64,000 nt of DNA from a virus (taxonomy: Duplodnaviria; Caudoviricetes). Position 1 is the first letter of the stretch; the number at the start of each line of letters is the position of its first letter. The stretch covers positions 64,001 to 128,000 of IMG/VR virus record IMGVR_UViG_3300044712_000786, one strand, 5' to 3'. The translations under genes and the position numbers were made by a program. The notes below the pieces were generated by a model. It did no database searches. It saw only the letters and a program-made list of their open reading frames with translations, and had not been told where the DNA came from. Positions 41,114 to 51,756 of the stretch are shown piece after piece.

Positions 41114-42160
41114 TTATGTTTGCACTTCACAAACATATTCTTCGGGGCGAATGAACAGCATCGACCCATCTTTATTCCTCCAAGTGGACGCTACGGCAGC
41201 TTGGGCGGTCTTAATGCCACCGTAAGCCTTAGGGTCTACCCGAATGAAATAGTCTTTAAAGGTGCCATCAGGCTCAGGGGTTGAGTTAACCACCTTAACC
41301 ATATAGATAGGCTCATCCGCACCTTGCTCCTTCTTATAAAGGGTGCCATAGTCATCCTGACTGACAATAGTCGCCCCGCTATCCAAAATATACTTGGCTT
41401 GCCCGTAGATTTCAACCATCACGCGGCGAACTTCAAGGTTATTCTCCTTGTCAATATCCTGCCAAGTAAAGTTCTTGGTGATAATCTTCTCATTAACGGC
41501 GACTCCGTTATAATACCAGAGCTTAACCACCCCACCACGATAAGCCAAAGCGGGGCCATTAGGATTATGGAGCACATTACGCTCGTTCAAATGAATTTCT
41601 TCAGGGCGATGCTGGAAGATAACCACCTTTTCATAAGGTGCCCACCAACCGCAATTCTCTGCAATCTCATTCAAGCCTTGCAGCTTGCTAAGGTCAATGC
41701 CAACCTCGCGATGAAAGTAGTCATACAGCGAAAGCCAGCTAGCTTCCATGCTACCGAAAATCATATCTTGCACATACTTGGAGAAGTTGCTCTTCAAGTC
41801 TTTGTGCGCCATATTCATGGCCTTTTTGCTCTGCTTGGCGAACTTAGCGGGAAGCTGGGCCAAAAGAGCCTTATTGACCTTCTGCATAATCTCAGAGGGT
41901 TCAATGTTCTCCGCATCTTTCGCGCTATCTTCAGGGAAAAGATAAGCTTTGATAAGCCCCGCTCCGATAGCCGCAGTCACAGGGCAATCGAAGATGAAGA
42001 AATGCTCGGGAGCCTTAAGCCCCGCCAATTCATATGCTTTAATAGCCCCCGCTTTCGCTTTCTCGAAATCGCAAGGTTGCGTGTTTAGGCCAATCTTATT
42101 CCACTTAGCAACATACTCGGGAAACTTGGCCACTTGTTCAGGTGTTAGATTTTCAATCAT
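41114..42160 (-). CDS. DUF6745-like protein
   Basis: GSMEASWL..YDYF...GWWAPY...LHN.NGPAL.Y...N.EVRRVMVE..G...VKVVNSTPEPDGTFKDYFIRV.P. Confidence 0.75.
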   Translation of the reverse strand: MIENLTPEQVAKFPEYVAKWNKIGLNTQPCDFEKAKAGAIKAYELAGLKAPEHFFIFDCPVTAAIGAGLIKAYLFPEDSAKDAENIEPSEIMQKVNKALLAQLPAKFAKQSKKAMNMAHKDLKSNFSKYVQDMIFGSMEASWLSLYDYFHREVGIDLSKLQGLNEIAENCGWWAPYEKVVIFQHRPEEIHLNERNVLHNPNGPALAYRGGVVKLWYYNGVAVNEKIITKNFTWQDIDKENNLEVRRVMVEIYGQAKYILDSGATIVSQDDYGTLYKKEQGADEPIYMVKVVNSTPEPDGTFKDYFIRVDPKAYGGIKTAQAAVASTWRNKDGSMLFIRPEEYVCEVQT

Positions 42161-42340
42161 ACTCTATTCTATTAACTATTTTTGGTTTGTCAACGGTTTA
42201 GTTGTGGAACGCGGTTTGTTTCTTATGTTCTCGGATAAGCCCCAGAGCCTTAACAGCTTCCGTCGCTATGGAGTTCGCTTTAACGTCTCCTTCGTTTTGA
42301 ATCCGCACTAGAAATTTAACTACGTTCTTTTTGGTTAATT

Positions 42341-43600
42341 TCACTTCCCCATCCTCTCAAAGTTTTTTAAAATGTCAATAGCGCCTATCGCTAAATTTCT
42401 AAAATTAGGGAGAATTGCATTCAGCATATTCCATCCGCTCGCAACGCAATAATTCTTCGACTCAATTTTACGATACATTTCTATGGATAATGCTAATGTT
42501 ACTTCATATGCAATGGGCTTCATAAGAATAGTTCCTTATAATGAAGATAATGTCCCATAAATAAAGAGACTGCATGGGAAAGTATTCCATCAGGTCGATA
42601 TCTTTTTCGACGCTTACATTAACAATCGGAAGTAGCAAAGAATTCATAACTAATAGACATCTGTATATTTATTACCGTGCTTCTATCGAACATTCGGCCT
42701 ATTCTATCCGCCGCTTCCCATATCGGCGCAAATGAATCAATTTGTATCTTTCGCTTAATTTGACGGGCACAAGAATCCTCGGAGTGGACGGGTTTATCGA
42801 AAACCTTGGCGATAACGTTTTTCAGTGTCCCTCCTTATAATATCTCTAAAACTGGTTACTTTATAGACTAACTTATCTCGGACTAAGTATAAGACACTGT
42901 ATGAAGCTATAGAGCCTAAAAACCCAGTCCCTACAACGCGAGAAAGTAATTGGGTATGATTCACGCAGGCTTATTTTTAATTTCGTTTCTAGCTTCTGAA
43001 ATTTGCGTTCTAAGCATTGTAGCCCTAAAAGGTCTCGTTATGTCCCAATAGGGCTGAAGACTCTCTATATTCATCTTCGCTTTAATGCGTTTATAACAAG
43101 CGTCAACATCATCCCAGACGATTTTATCGAAAACATCAAAAATTACTTCATTCATTTTAAGTTTTATTTTTAAAAAGTCAATGCATACTTACAGTAAAGA
43201 TAGATAATTCCCCTTAGCTCCGCAGAAAGTAACCCGTCTCTAATTCCATAGTGTGAATCTATCCATATATTATCGCTAATCATCCCCGCAGTAGACATAG
43301 GTTTAGTTAGCTGATATAAGCTTATAGAATTCATGGCGGCAATCAAACTCTATTTGATTTACTAAAAATCTACTTAATCTAATATTAATAGATAAATCGC
43401 ATTGACTCCAAATAACCCAAGGAATGTTACAAACTGCGCTAGGGAAAATGAAGACGCATTTCATTATGGATGACTATATCTATATGGTTTACTAACCAAG
43501 GCAGCTTTCCATACGTTTCACGTAAGACTGTATGATATACACCATCATTAAAAGAAACCCGCTTATCTGCCCATGATTCTGAGTCGCTCCTAATAAAAAG
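42341..43600 (-). other. Cluster of mini-ORFs of the same style as 30.2-37.5 kb
   Basis: MKPIAYEV.. (42523), MNEVIFDV.. (43155), MKCVFIF.. and others. Confidence 0.6.
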
Positions 43601-43611
43601 CGCAACAGATT

Positions 43612-44211
43612 TCATCGAACTTCGTCCAGAGTAAGGACGGGGGGCTTTTCTTTAATTGTAACTTCCCAGCGTTTGTCATGTAATATTTGAGTTAGTTGAT
43701 AGTAAACCCGAAGAAACAGATGCTTATTCGCCTCGCTTAAGAGGGGAAGGAGTAAAAGCTTCTCGGTTAAATAGGTTTTAGCAAAGCCTTCGTCATTCTT
43801 TGCGATGTCTTCAGTATTATCTAGCAAATCGGCAAGCTTAATTAGCTTAGCCTGAGGGGAGGTTAGCTTCAGCCGAAACCGCTCCAGTTCTTTGCGGTCA
43901 GCCCTAACTAGAGTAGGATATCGCTCCTTAGTATACTGGTCGGTTAGCTCATCGACTAGAGATAAGACTCTTGCGCCGAAACGATTCAGAATCCAATCAT
44001 CGTTATACTCTGGAGCTAAAGGAGTTACGTCTTCCTTTAAATCGTGAGCTAATGCGGCGATAATAACATCTTCGTCAGAAGTATACTGAGAGACAATCTC
44101 GGCGACCCTCTCAGTGTGAGTCCAATAGGGCTTTCCCGTATACTTGCGAACCTGCTTGATGCTATCATGAGCATCCCGCAAGAGGGGTCTGGCAATATCT
44201 ACATCGTTCAT
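43612..44211 (-). CDS. HD-domain hydrolase, RelA/SpoT hydrolase (Mesh1/SAH)-like
   Basis: RKYTGKPYWTH...VA...AALAHDLKED...IKLADLLDN; start moved to 44211 by promoter TTGCTT-N16-TAGGAT-N6-ATG. Confidence 0.8.
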   Translation of the reverse strand: MNDVDIARPLLRDAHDSIKQVRKYTGKPYWTHTERVAEIVSQYTSDEDVIIAALAHDLKEDVTPLAPEYNDDWILNRFGARVLSLVDELTDQYTKERYPTLVRADRKELERFRLKLTSPQAKLIKLADLLDNTEDIAKNDEGFAKTYLTEKLLLLPLLSEANKHLFLRVYYQLTQILHDKRWEVTIKEKPPVLTLDEVR

Positions 44212-44405
44212 CTTCAAATCCTATCAGCTATTTTTAAAAAAGCAAATTAAAATCATGAATTATCCTATCCCTCATTCCATATCCAGAGTGATTAGAAGCC
44301 AGCCCAAAGGGGCTCCTTCCCTCTGTCTCTCCTTCAATAAATCTTTCTTGAGGGTGAAACTTAATCAGATTCCAAGCCCAAGCTAATCCATTATATTGTA
44401 GACTA

Positions 44406-45188
44406 TTAAACAGGGGATTCATTAGAGAACAACGCGCAGTTATCCAAACAGAGCTTGTTATTAATAAACAGCCCCGCTACAATGGGATAATAAATAGCTA
44501 AACAAAGCGAGTTAGCTACCTCTTCATTAAAGGTAAACCTAACCGTTGTCTTGTCATAGGTTCGCTTAACCTCTTCCTCCGCGTCTTCTACCATCTTATT
44601 TAACTGAGCTTTAGTATAAGAAGCGGGGTGAGTTTTAATATCCATTAGGATATCTGCCATGCCTGAGTCAATCTTCCTGACATTGACGGGGAAAGACCCA
44701 TTAATAAAGAAATACTTAGCCGCCCAAGCTAGCCTAAGTAGTTGTACTGCATTCTTTTCAGAGAAGCCATGAGACTCAATAGAAGCTTTTCTCTTGCTGC
44801 CTAATGCTCCCGTCCGCTCGCCGTTCATTAGCCTCTTTTCCCCTGACATATAGCCTAGGATAGACTTAAAGAACTGCGCCGAATCTATTAAATCATATCG
44901 ATGCTTAACAACTAATTCCCATTCATTAGAAGTAGTAGTAAAGTTGTCAGTAAATAGCAGCTCCATAGCCTGAGTATTAGTCTTGCGTAAAGAACAAAGA
45001 AAGTGTCTAAATTCAAAGAGGAACTTATCTTCTCCCCCCGCTCTTAAGTCCTGATGCTCAAAGCGGTCAACGCCGATTACTTTATTAAGTTCGGTATTGA
45101 CAAAGCACCCCCTTTGGTCTAAATCACTAGTGGGGGTATTTAACCCGTAAGCATGGGAGCCCCCCAGAGTTTCACAAATAATCTTCAT
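44406..45188 (-). CDS. Pol-beta superfamily nucleotidyltransferase (RlaP/YcgL-like)
   Basis: GGSHAYGLNTPTSDLDQRG...NTQAMELLF...KNAVQLLRL. Confidence 0.82.
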   Translation of the reverse strand: MKIICETLGGSHAYGLNTPTSDLDQRGCFVNTELNKVIGVDRFEHQDLRAGGEDKFLFEFRHFLCSLRKTNTQAMELLFTDNFTTTSNEWELVVKHRYDLIDSAQFFKSILGYMSGEKRLMNGERTGALGSKRKASIESHGFSEKNAVQLLRLAWAAKYFFINGSFPVNVRKIDSGMADILMDIKTHPASYTKAQLNKMVEDAEEEVKRTYDKTTVRFTFNEEVANSLCLAIYYPIVAGLFINNKLCLDNCALFSNESPV

Positions 45189-45189
45189 A

Positions 45190-45976
45190 TTGAAATTGAA
45201 ATCTATACCATCTTTCTAAATTAATGGATAAGTCTCTAATGTTTATTAGCCCTAATGCCCACATATGACTTTTGTATTTGCTATGTGCGTGATTATTAAT
45301 TGCATCGTCCCCGTATATTTCTAAAAATCTACGATTCATAGTCTAAATAAGATGGGGACGGGGGGCGTTTTTCGCTTAGTACTATGCGGTTTCCCCTACT
45401 TTATTCGGAACCGCATTTCCATACCCCCGCCTCGCGTTGTCCCATCTAAAACTATCTTACTTTAAATTTTTTCTTTGTCAACGTTATCCCTGACAATTCT
45501 CTCGGCAGTCTCTTTAAGTTGCACTACAATTTGGTTTCTTCTCATAATTATATTAGTATATCCTAATTGATTCTGTATACGAAGAGAACAATGAGTCCCC
45601 CAGCATGTAGTATATCCTTTCGACCACCAGCCGTATTTAAATAAATTCTTCATAAACAAAGCGGCTTAATTCTATTACCCTAGGTCTAGTTAGACAAGGA
45701 AATTCTTCGAATATGGGGTTCATGATAACATTCATGTTAACTAAGTCATTTAGGTTACCATTAGCATCGCTAAACATTTTATCATCTATCAAACAAATAC
45801 AACTATTCATATCGTCTTTCCATAATGTCCCCCTTAATCAACATTGCTTCTGCTCTAGTTAAGCGATACTGACTCTTACTTACCTGTGCGAAAACAGTCA
45901 AACCCAATTCTATTTCTATTTTACGCTTTAGCTCGTAAAATATCTCTGAGTCTATTTTAGAATCGATGCTTTTCAT
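45190..45976 (-). other. Cluster of mini-ORFs
   Basis: MKSIDSKIDSEIF.. (45803-45976), MNSCICLIDD.., MKNLFKYGWW.. Confidence 0.6.
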
Positions 45977-46914
45977 ATGCCCCTTACCTCCTTTAGGATA
46001 TCCCTGCCTAACTTAGTTATAACTCGACCCCTTTGCTCTATTCCTATCAAGTGATGCCTAAGTAAGAATATCTCTATGTCTCTTTGAACACAAGCTCGGG
46101 ACAAGCCAGTCTTAGCCGCTAGAGAGGTTAGTGAGCACTCCCCGCATTTTTCCAAAATCTCTAGCACCTGAATTTCCAAGGGGCTTAGACCCAAAGGATG
46201 AATATAAAGCTGTTTCTTAATGTCAAGCCAGTCCCCCAAGCTAAGAACATTCTCCTTAATTGATTGTAAATACAGATTTATCTTATTGCCCAGCTTAAAG
46301 GCGTCTCGACCATGGCCCCGAAATACTCTCTTAATCTCTTCCATAGCCTTGTTAGAAATGACGCTAGGAGCCGCCCCCTTACGTGCAATCTCGCAAAGCT
46401 GGTCAGTAGTATAGTCTTGCAAGTCGATACGTTCTAGACGGTCCAGAAGGGGATTAAAGACCTTTTGAATCTCGCTGGTAGCCAATAGCCAAGTAATCTT
46501 GCTAAAGTCTATATCTAGTTGCATGTCCCCGTAGACAAATACGTTCTTATTACCTTTTTCAAGGTCAAGAACTGACAAAAGATTCATTGACAAATCTTTA
46601 GGTATCTCGGAAGCTTCGTCTAAAAATAGGGTTACCTCCCTGCCTATTACCATGGGAAGGAGAACCCTATTGACGAATTGGGCAGTATTCCTAATAGTCG
46701 AACAGTTAATTCTTAGAAAAGGCTTTATCTTAGTTGGGTCAGAAGGGCAAACAAGCTCTTTAGCGAGGCACTTAGCCATACTAGTCTTGCCATTACCCTT
46801 GGGAGCAACGAAGATAGTAGGCATAAAAATGCCCGAAGCTTTATAGCCGTTGAAAGCAAAGCTTAGTTTAGACTTAGCTTCCTCTTGCCCAACTATTTCA
46901 TCAAGATTTAACAT
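45973..46914 (-). CDS. RuvB-like AAA+ ATPase
   Basis: IVGQE..K, APKGNGKT, LFLDEA, PLLDR, C-terminal winged helix LGL...LAAKTG...IE..L.....I..RGR.IT. Confidence 0.8.
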   Translation of the reverse strand: MLNLDEIVGQEEAKSKLSFAFNGYKASGIFMPTIFVAPKGNGKTSMAKCLAKELVCPSDPTKIKPFLRINCSTIRNTAQFVNRVLLPMVIGREVTLFLDEASEIPKDLSMNLLSVLDLEKGNKNVFVYGDMQLDIDFSKITWLLATSEIQKVFNPLLDRLERIDLQDYTTDQLCEIARKGAAPSVISNKAMEEIKRVFRGHGRDAFKLGNKINLYLQSIKENVLSLGDWLDIKKQLYIHPLGLSPLEIQVLEILEKCGECSLTSLAAKTGLSRACVQRDIEIFLLRHHLIGIEQRGRVITKLGRDILKEVRGI

Positions 46915-47143
46915 TAAAGTCAGTCTGAGTTACTTCAATTTGCTCCCCTATAGTTTCGGTCACGTTATGGGACGCTTTAAAGGCAATCCCATTGACCTTA
47001 TTGAAATCCGCCCACTTACGACCAACTACTATGACGGCGTCAGGCTTAAATATTCTATTAAGTTCAGCCAAACTTACTTCAAGGAAACTATATGAGCCAA
47101 GTTTTCTTCCTGACCCAACTCGCCTAGTCTTCTTTTCCATAAA

Positions 47144-48007
47144 TTACCTACGTTTAGCCGCAAAGCGCCCATTCTTGTCTCTCTTAGGGCGATAAGCGGG
47201 AATAAAGCGCCCGTTTTCGTCCCTGCGAGGCTTATAAGCCTTAATCTTGCCTACCTTGGACGAATAAAGCTTCTCTGTCAAGATGTTCCCGTTTTTCCAG
47301 TTGCCCACAACATCCATAGGAACATACTCACAGCAACGCCCCTTAGTGTTGTTGTAATCCGAAGGGATAGCGCAAACGTTTTCGGGAGCGACCTTAACGA
47401 CAATTACTTTACAATCATCCCCCTGATAACCATTAAGATAATCATAAGAGCAGAAGTGCAATCCAGTAGAGCAGGTAACATTCCTATCGGAGTCTACCTC
47501 GCTCCGCTTCATCCTAACAGGCTTGCCAATAACATGCTTATTGTGGCTACCATCGGGATTAGCGTTAAACGAGCGAAAATCGCTATCTACTTTCTTCCAC
47601 GCCAGAAAGCACCCATCATCGGTAATAGGCATCTTTCCAACTTCCAGAAAATCATAAAGCTCATTGCGAGCACTGGGAAGAGGATTCTTGTAAAGCCTAT
47701 CTAAGAACTTCACATAAGGTTGATAAGGCATCCCCTCTTGCATGAATGTAATAATGCGCTTAGTGATAGTGCTATGGACAGGCGAATTCTTATAGAAAAC
47801 CTCCCCATTAATCACCCGCACCTTTCCAAAGCTATACTTCAGAAGAGCCTTGCCAGCATCGAAACACTCTTTAAATGTCTCCCAATCCTTATTGCGCCAT
47901 GCCGTTAAAATCGAAGCCCACATGGGATGAGACTTGTTAGCGGTATAGTTTTTACCGTCAACAAAAGCGGAAATCGAATTTCCGTTATAAATTACAGATG
48001 CACTCAT
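47144..48007 (-). CDS. rIIB: rIIB-like protein
   Basis: FLDRL..NP...ARNELY.FL....MPITDDGCFLAWKKV...CSTGLHFCS..Y...VKV.P..V..IP.DY...KGRCCEY. Confidence 0.85.
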   Translation of the reverse strand: MSASVIYNGNSISAFVDGKNYTANKSHPMWASILTAWRNKDWETFKECFDAGKALLKYSFGKVRVINGEVFYKNSPVHSTITKRIITFMQEGMPYQPYVKFLDRLYKNPLPSARNELYDFLEVGKMPITDDGCFLAWKKVDSDFRSFNANPDGSHNKHVIGKPVRMKRSEVDSDRNVTCSTGLHFCSYDYLNGYQGDDCKVIVVKVAPENVCAIPSDYNNTKGRCCEYVPMDVVGNWKNGNILTEKLYSSKVGKIKAYKPRRDENGRFIPAYRPKRDKNGRFAAKRR

Positions 48008-48029
48008 ATTCCAATTTTAAATTAAATTT

Positions 48030-50150
48030 TTAAACAGTCAAGCTTTTCTCGACCAAGTTGATATAATCTACAAACAGTTGCATATCATTCTCTTTCACCT
48101 GCCAGCTATGGTTGAAATGAGACTCGAAAACTCGCATTAAAGGATAATGCTGGCGAAGATTCTCTAAAACCTTATCCATCTTAATGCGGGGCTTGCCACC
48201 TTTAGCTAGACTAGACTTGTCTAGATAAATAGAGTCGCAAACTTCTTCAATTGCACTTAGCTTATCGTTAGCAATCTTTAGCTTGATAAACTCTCTAATT
48301 GCGCCAGCTAGGGCAGAGTTTTTACCAATCCCCCGAAACTTATGGTCAGTAACAAAGTTTGTATCATACTCTTCAGAGTCAGCAATATACTGAGACAAAT
48401 CATTAGTTTCAAGGTAGCGCTTTACGGTATCTACAATAAAGGTGTGCAAGTTAATCCAACCCTTGCCAATCTTCCCGCTTTGAGAGACTTTAAAACCGTA
48501 GATAGTAGGGACAGGAGTAAACTTGCTCAAAGATTTAATAATATCTTTTAAACTTCCGCTACTATATTCACTGCTACCGAATTTAGCTTTGTAACGGTCA
48601 AGGATGATATAGACCCCCGTTCCATTCTTTAAGTCAGCAGAAGCAATATCCCAGCAAGCTTTCTTATCTGCCCGATATCCCGTATGACCAGTTACATTGA
48701 AAGTAAAAACCTTACTAAGATTCTTGGCGTCAACATAGCCACCCCCGCGAGACTCCTTAGGAGGTTCGGGCAGAGTAGTAGCATCCCCAAAGATAGGGGC
48801 TCCTTCCAGTCCCCATTCTTTGATAATTAGCCTAGCGTCGGCGTCATTATTAGCTTTAACTAGGAAGACATATCGGTGCTCGTTTTCCTTAGTAAAGTGA
48901 CGAATCTTAGATACTAGCCGCTTGATATTGTCAGATTTCTTAACAATAAATACCTTGTTATCGTCATTTACCCGCAGTTCGGAAGTCTCTACCCTTACAA
49001 CTTTATCCCTGCGACCCAAAGCAAACCTCTCTATAGAACAAATAATCTGATGCTTGCTCTTAAAATCATCGGGCAGATGGAATAGAGTAGAACGAATGGT
49101 TACCCCATTAAAAGTAAAGGGGATACTATTAATTACATTCCTTAAGCTGCCTAGAAATAGCTCGCTATTATGCAATTCATGCCAGAGGGAACGAATTTCC
49201 CATAAGCTGGCGCATTGACCAATCCTAGTAACAATGCCAGCGCCAATTTCAGCTTGGACAATATCTAACTGAGCTTTAATGGCGGTCTTAGTCTTGTCGG
49301 TATATCGCAACATTTCACGATTAGCCGCAAAATCCAGAGACCCAAGGGGACAGCGCAAACGCAAGCCAGCTTCAATCAAGCTTTGATGTTCAGGCGTGCA
49401 TCCCAAAGCTTTAGCGTCAATAGGATAAGCAACGTTGCCCATTACCGCCACGGGTTGAGAATCACGATATACTTCCCAATTAGTTCCCTTAAAGTCAGGA
49501 CTAGAATAGTCGCAAGTATTATCCCACTCTTCTTTGCTGATGCCAGTTATAACAGGCTTAATATCAAAAAATTGGAAAACATAAGCCGCTTCCCGCCGAA
49601 TGTCATAAAAATCAGCTTCATCAATAGGAATGATAATCTCAATTCCATTATGCTCATTGGTAGGGGTAGAATCCATCTTGGCTATTTTACCTACTTGAGA
49701 TTCATCGATAAAGGCTGTATAGAAAGTCTTTAGCCCATTATAGTAACTGACAATAGAGAAGGAGTCGGCATAAGCGAAAGCGGACTTGGAACCAATTCCC
49801 AAAGCTCCCGTAGTCAAGTTGTTACCACGCTTAGTAGACTTGCAATACTTAACATAAGTATTCTCAATGTCATTTTCGGACATTCCAATACCAAAATCAC
49901 GAATACGCAATTCGGGCTCTAAAGCATTAGGAAGATGGACACGAATAGGAAGGGTAGGGGTGCCAGCTTCTATATGGGAGTCGGTACTATTTGTTGAGTA
50001 TTCTCTAACAATTGCTTGGTTTTTATTAGAATATAAGGAGTTACGTAAAATAAACAACAGCATCGGAAAATCTTGAACATCTACCCCAAAATCTTTGGTA
50101 GTAAAATTTCCCTCAGACTCAATTGTTACTTTAGCCTGTTCAAATATCAT
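48030..50150 (-). CDS. rIIA: rIIA-like protein (N-terminal GHKL ATPase)
   Basis: LYSNK..AIVREYSTN..DSH, IRDFGIGM, STK...GALGIGSKSAFAY, V.MGNVAYP; directly upstream of the rIIB-like gene. Confidence 0.88.
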   Translation of the reverse strand: MIFEQAKVTIESEGNFTTKDFGVDVQDFPMLLFILRNSLYSNKNQAIVREYSTNSTDSHIEAGTPTLPIRVHLPNALEPELRIRDFGIGMSENDIENTYVKYCKSTKRGNNLTTGALGIGSKSAFAYADSFSIVSYYNGLKTFYTAFIDESQVGKIAKMDSTPTNEHNGIEIIIPIDEADFYDIRREAAYVFQFFDIKPVITGISKEEWDNTCDYSSPDFKGTNWEVYRDSQPVAVMGNVAYPIDAKALGCTPEHQSLIEAGLRLRCPLGSLDFAANREMLRYTDKTKTAIKAQLDIVQAEIGAGIVTRIGQCASLWEIRSLWHELHNSELFLGSLRNVINSIPFTFNGVTIRSTLFHLPDDFKSKHQIICSIERFALGRRDKVVRVETSELRVNDDNKVFIVKKSDNIKRLVSKIRHFTKENEHRYVFLVKANNDADARLIIKEWGLEGAPIFGDATTLPEPPKESRGGGYVDAKNLSKVFTFNVTGHTGYRADKKACWDIASADLKNGTGVYIILDRYKAKFGSSEYSSGSLKDIIKSLSKFTPVPTIYGFKVSQSGKIGKGWINLHTFIVDTVKRYLETNDLSQYIADSEEYDTNFVTDHKFRGIGKNSALAGAIREFIKLKIANDKLSAIEEVCDSIYLDKSSLAKGGKPRIKMDKVLENLRQHYPLMRVFESHFNHSWQVKENDMQLFVDYINLVEKSLTV

Positions 50151-50227
50151 ATTTAAATTTTAATAAATATTTTTGAAAATGCAATCAATTTTTTCACAAA
50201 TCTAACCATTGGTGTAAATATTCTCGG

Positions 50228-50920
50228 ATGAATAGCAAAATTTGCACCAAATGTCTTATTAATAAACCTTTAGATGAATTTGCGAAAGACTCTCGGGGGA
50301 GACTTGGGAGACGGTCTGATTGTAAGATATGTAATTGCGAAAGGAGCAAACGATATCAAAAGCTTCACCTAGAGCAAGTATTAGCAAAAAATAGAGCATG
50401 GGTATCAAAAAATTTAGACCATGTAAAAGAATATAGAAGGAAAAATTTACCTCGCGATAGAGAAAGGACCAGACTAAGATATGCTAACGACGAAACGTTT
50501 CGTATTAAAAAAATAAAAAACGCACGAGAATTCAGAAAAGACCCCAATAATAAACAAAAAATTCTCAGCACCCAAAGAAAACTCGCGAAAGAGTATAGAA
50601 AGAATCCTATATGGCGTATTAAAGCTAATCTCAGACGTAGATTATGTTTTGTTCTACATGGAAAACGTAAAGCTGAACACACTTTTAATCTAATCGGTTG
50701 CACTTTAGAACAACTAAAACAGCATCTTGAATCTCAATTTACAGAAGGTATGCGTTGGGATAATTATGGTAGAAATGGCTGGCATATAGACCATATTAAA
50801 CCATGCGATGCATTTGACTTTTCTAAACCAGAAGACCAAAAGGCTTGTTTTCATTATACTAACTTACGGCCATTATGGGCTAAGGATAACCTATCTAAGG
50901 GTTCAAAAATTATATCCTGA
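50228..50920 (+). CDS. HNH homing endonuclease
   Basis: N-terminal CTKC..CKIC; WHIDHIKPC..FD...CFHYTNLRPLWAKDNLSKG; antisense to its neighbours; GTGTAA at 50212. Confidence 0.85.
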   Translation: MNSKICTKCLINKPLDEFAKDSRGRLGRRSDCKICNCERSKRYQKLHLEQVLAKNRAWVSKNLDHVKEYRRKNLPRDRERTRLRYANDETFRIKKIKNAREFRKDPNNKQKILSTQRKLAKEYRKNPIWRIKANLRRRLCFVLHGKRKAEHTFNLIGCTLEQLKQHLESQFTEGMRWDNYGRNGWHIDHIKPCDAFDFSKPEDQKACFHYTNLRPLWAKDNLSKGSKIIS

Positions 50921-51204
50921 TATTATTTTACCGCTAAGCTTCGCTTCATAAGTAATAACGGTAACATAAGATACTAAGTTAATGCCTCTACGTAAACCCG
51001 CTAGACGCACTTCATAAGAGAAATCCTGATATTGATTTACATCCTGCTCAGAATCATATCTGACAATAAACCTAACGGATTTCCCCATATATCCCAGCAA
51101 TTATTAAATGCATGTTAACCAAAGAGCTAGTATTCATCCCCGCGTTCCAAATGGGCTGTCCTAACCCAGCAGCGTAAAAAACCCCAGTTCCTAGAAATAA
51201 GACT

Positions 51205-51756
51205 TTATTTGCTAGGGGTTTCATTAATCCCAAGAAGTTGTAAGGTCTTCTCCCACATGTCTTTATCTACGAAAAACATGAATCCATTAGAGCAGTCCAA
51301 CCAACCCACGGTCTCCAGCCCCCACTTAGGAGGTTCCTTTTGAAAATGGATATCCAAGTTAATAAACTCTTTTGAACGATAGTTCCCCGCAGCTAGGGTT
51401 TTAATATGTTCCTGAATATCCTTAGCGTGAGCTTTATGGCAAAGGTAATAGACAGTAGGCTTGCCTTCTTTAATTACTAATGAACCCGTGATAATCTTCT
51501 CTCTGTTTTCGATAAGGAAAGATAGGCAGGACGGGACAATGCCCCATTCAAACTCAGAGCTTCCCATATAATCGAAGGAGAAGATGTTTCTAATTGCGTC
51601 CATTCCTTCTTTAGAAATGCCTCCGTTTTTCAACCCCCCGCCAAAGCTAAAAGGATTGTCTTGTATTCCGAGCTTTTCATGAAATACTTGGGGGGCATTC
51701 AACCTTTGAACTAGCCAACTACGGTCCAGCTTCTCTTTGAAATAAAATTTATCCAT
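51205..51756 (-). CDS. Hypothetical phage protein
   Basis: 183 aa; FSFDYMGSSEFEWG. Confidence 0.65.
   Translation of the reverse strand: MDKFYFKEKLDRSWLVQRLNAPQVFHEKLGIQDNPFSFGGGLKNGGISKEGMDAIRNIFSFDYMGSSEFEWGIVPSCLSFLIENREKIITGSLVIKEGKPTVYYLCHKAHAKDIQEHIKTLAAGNYRSKEFINLDIHFQKEPPKWGLETVGWLDCSNGFMFFVDKDMWEKTLQLLGINETPSK

Noticed and set aside
41324-42088. 254 aa plus-strand ORF
   Set aside because: Antisense shadow of the DUF6745-like gene.
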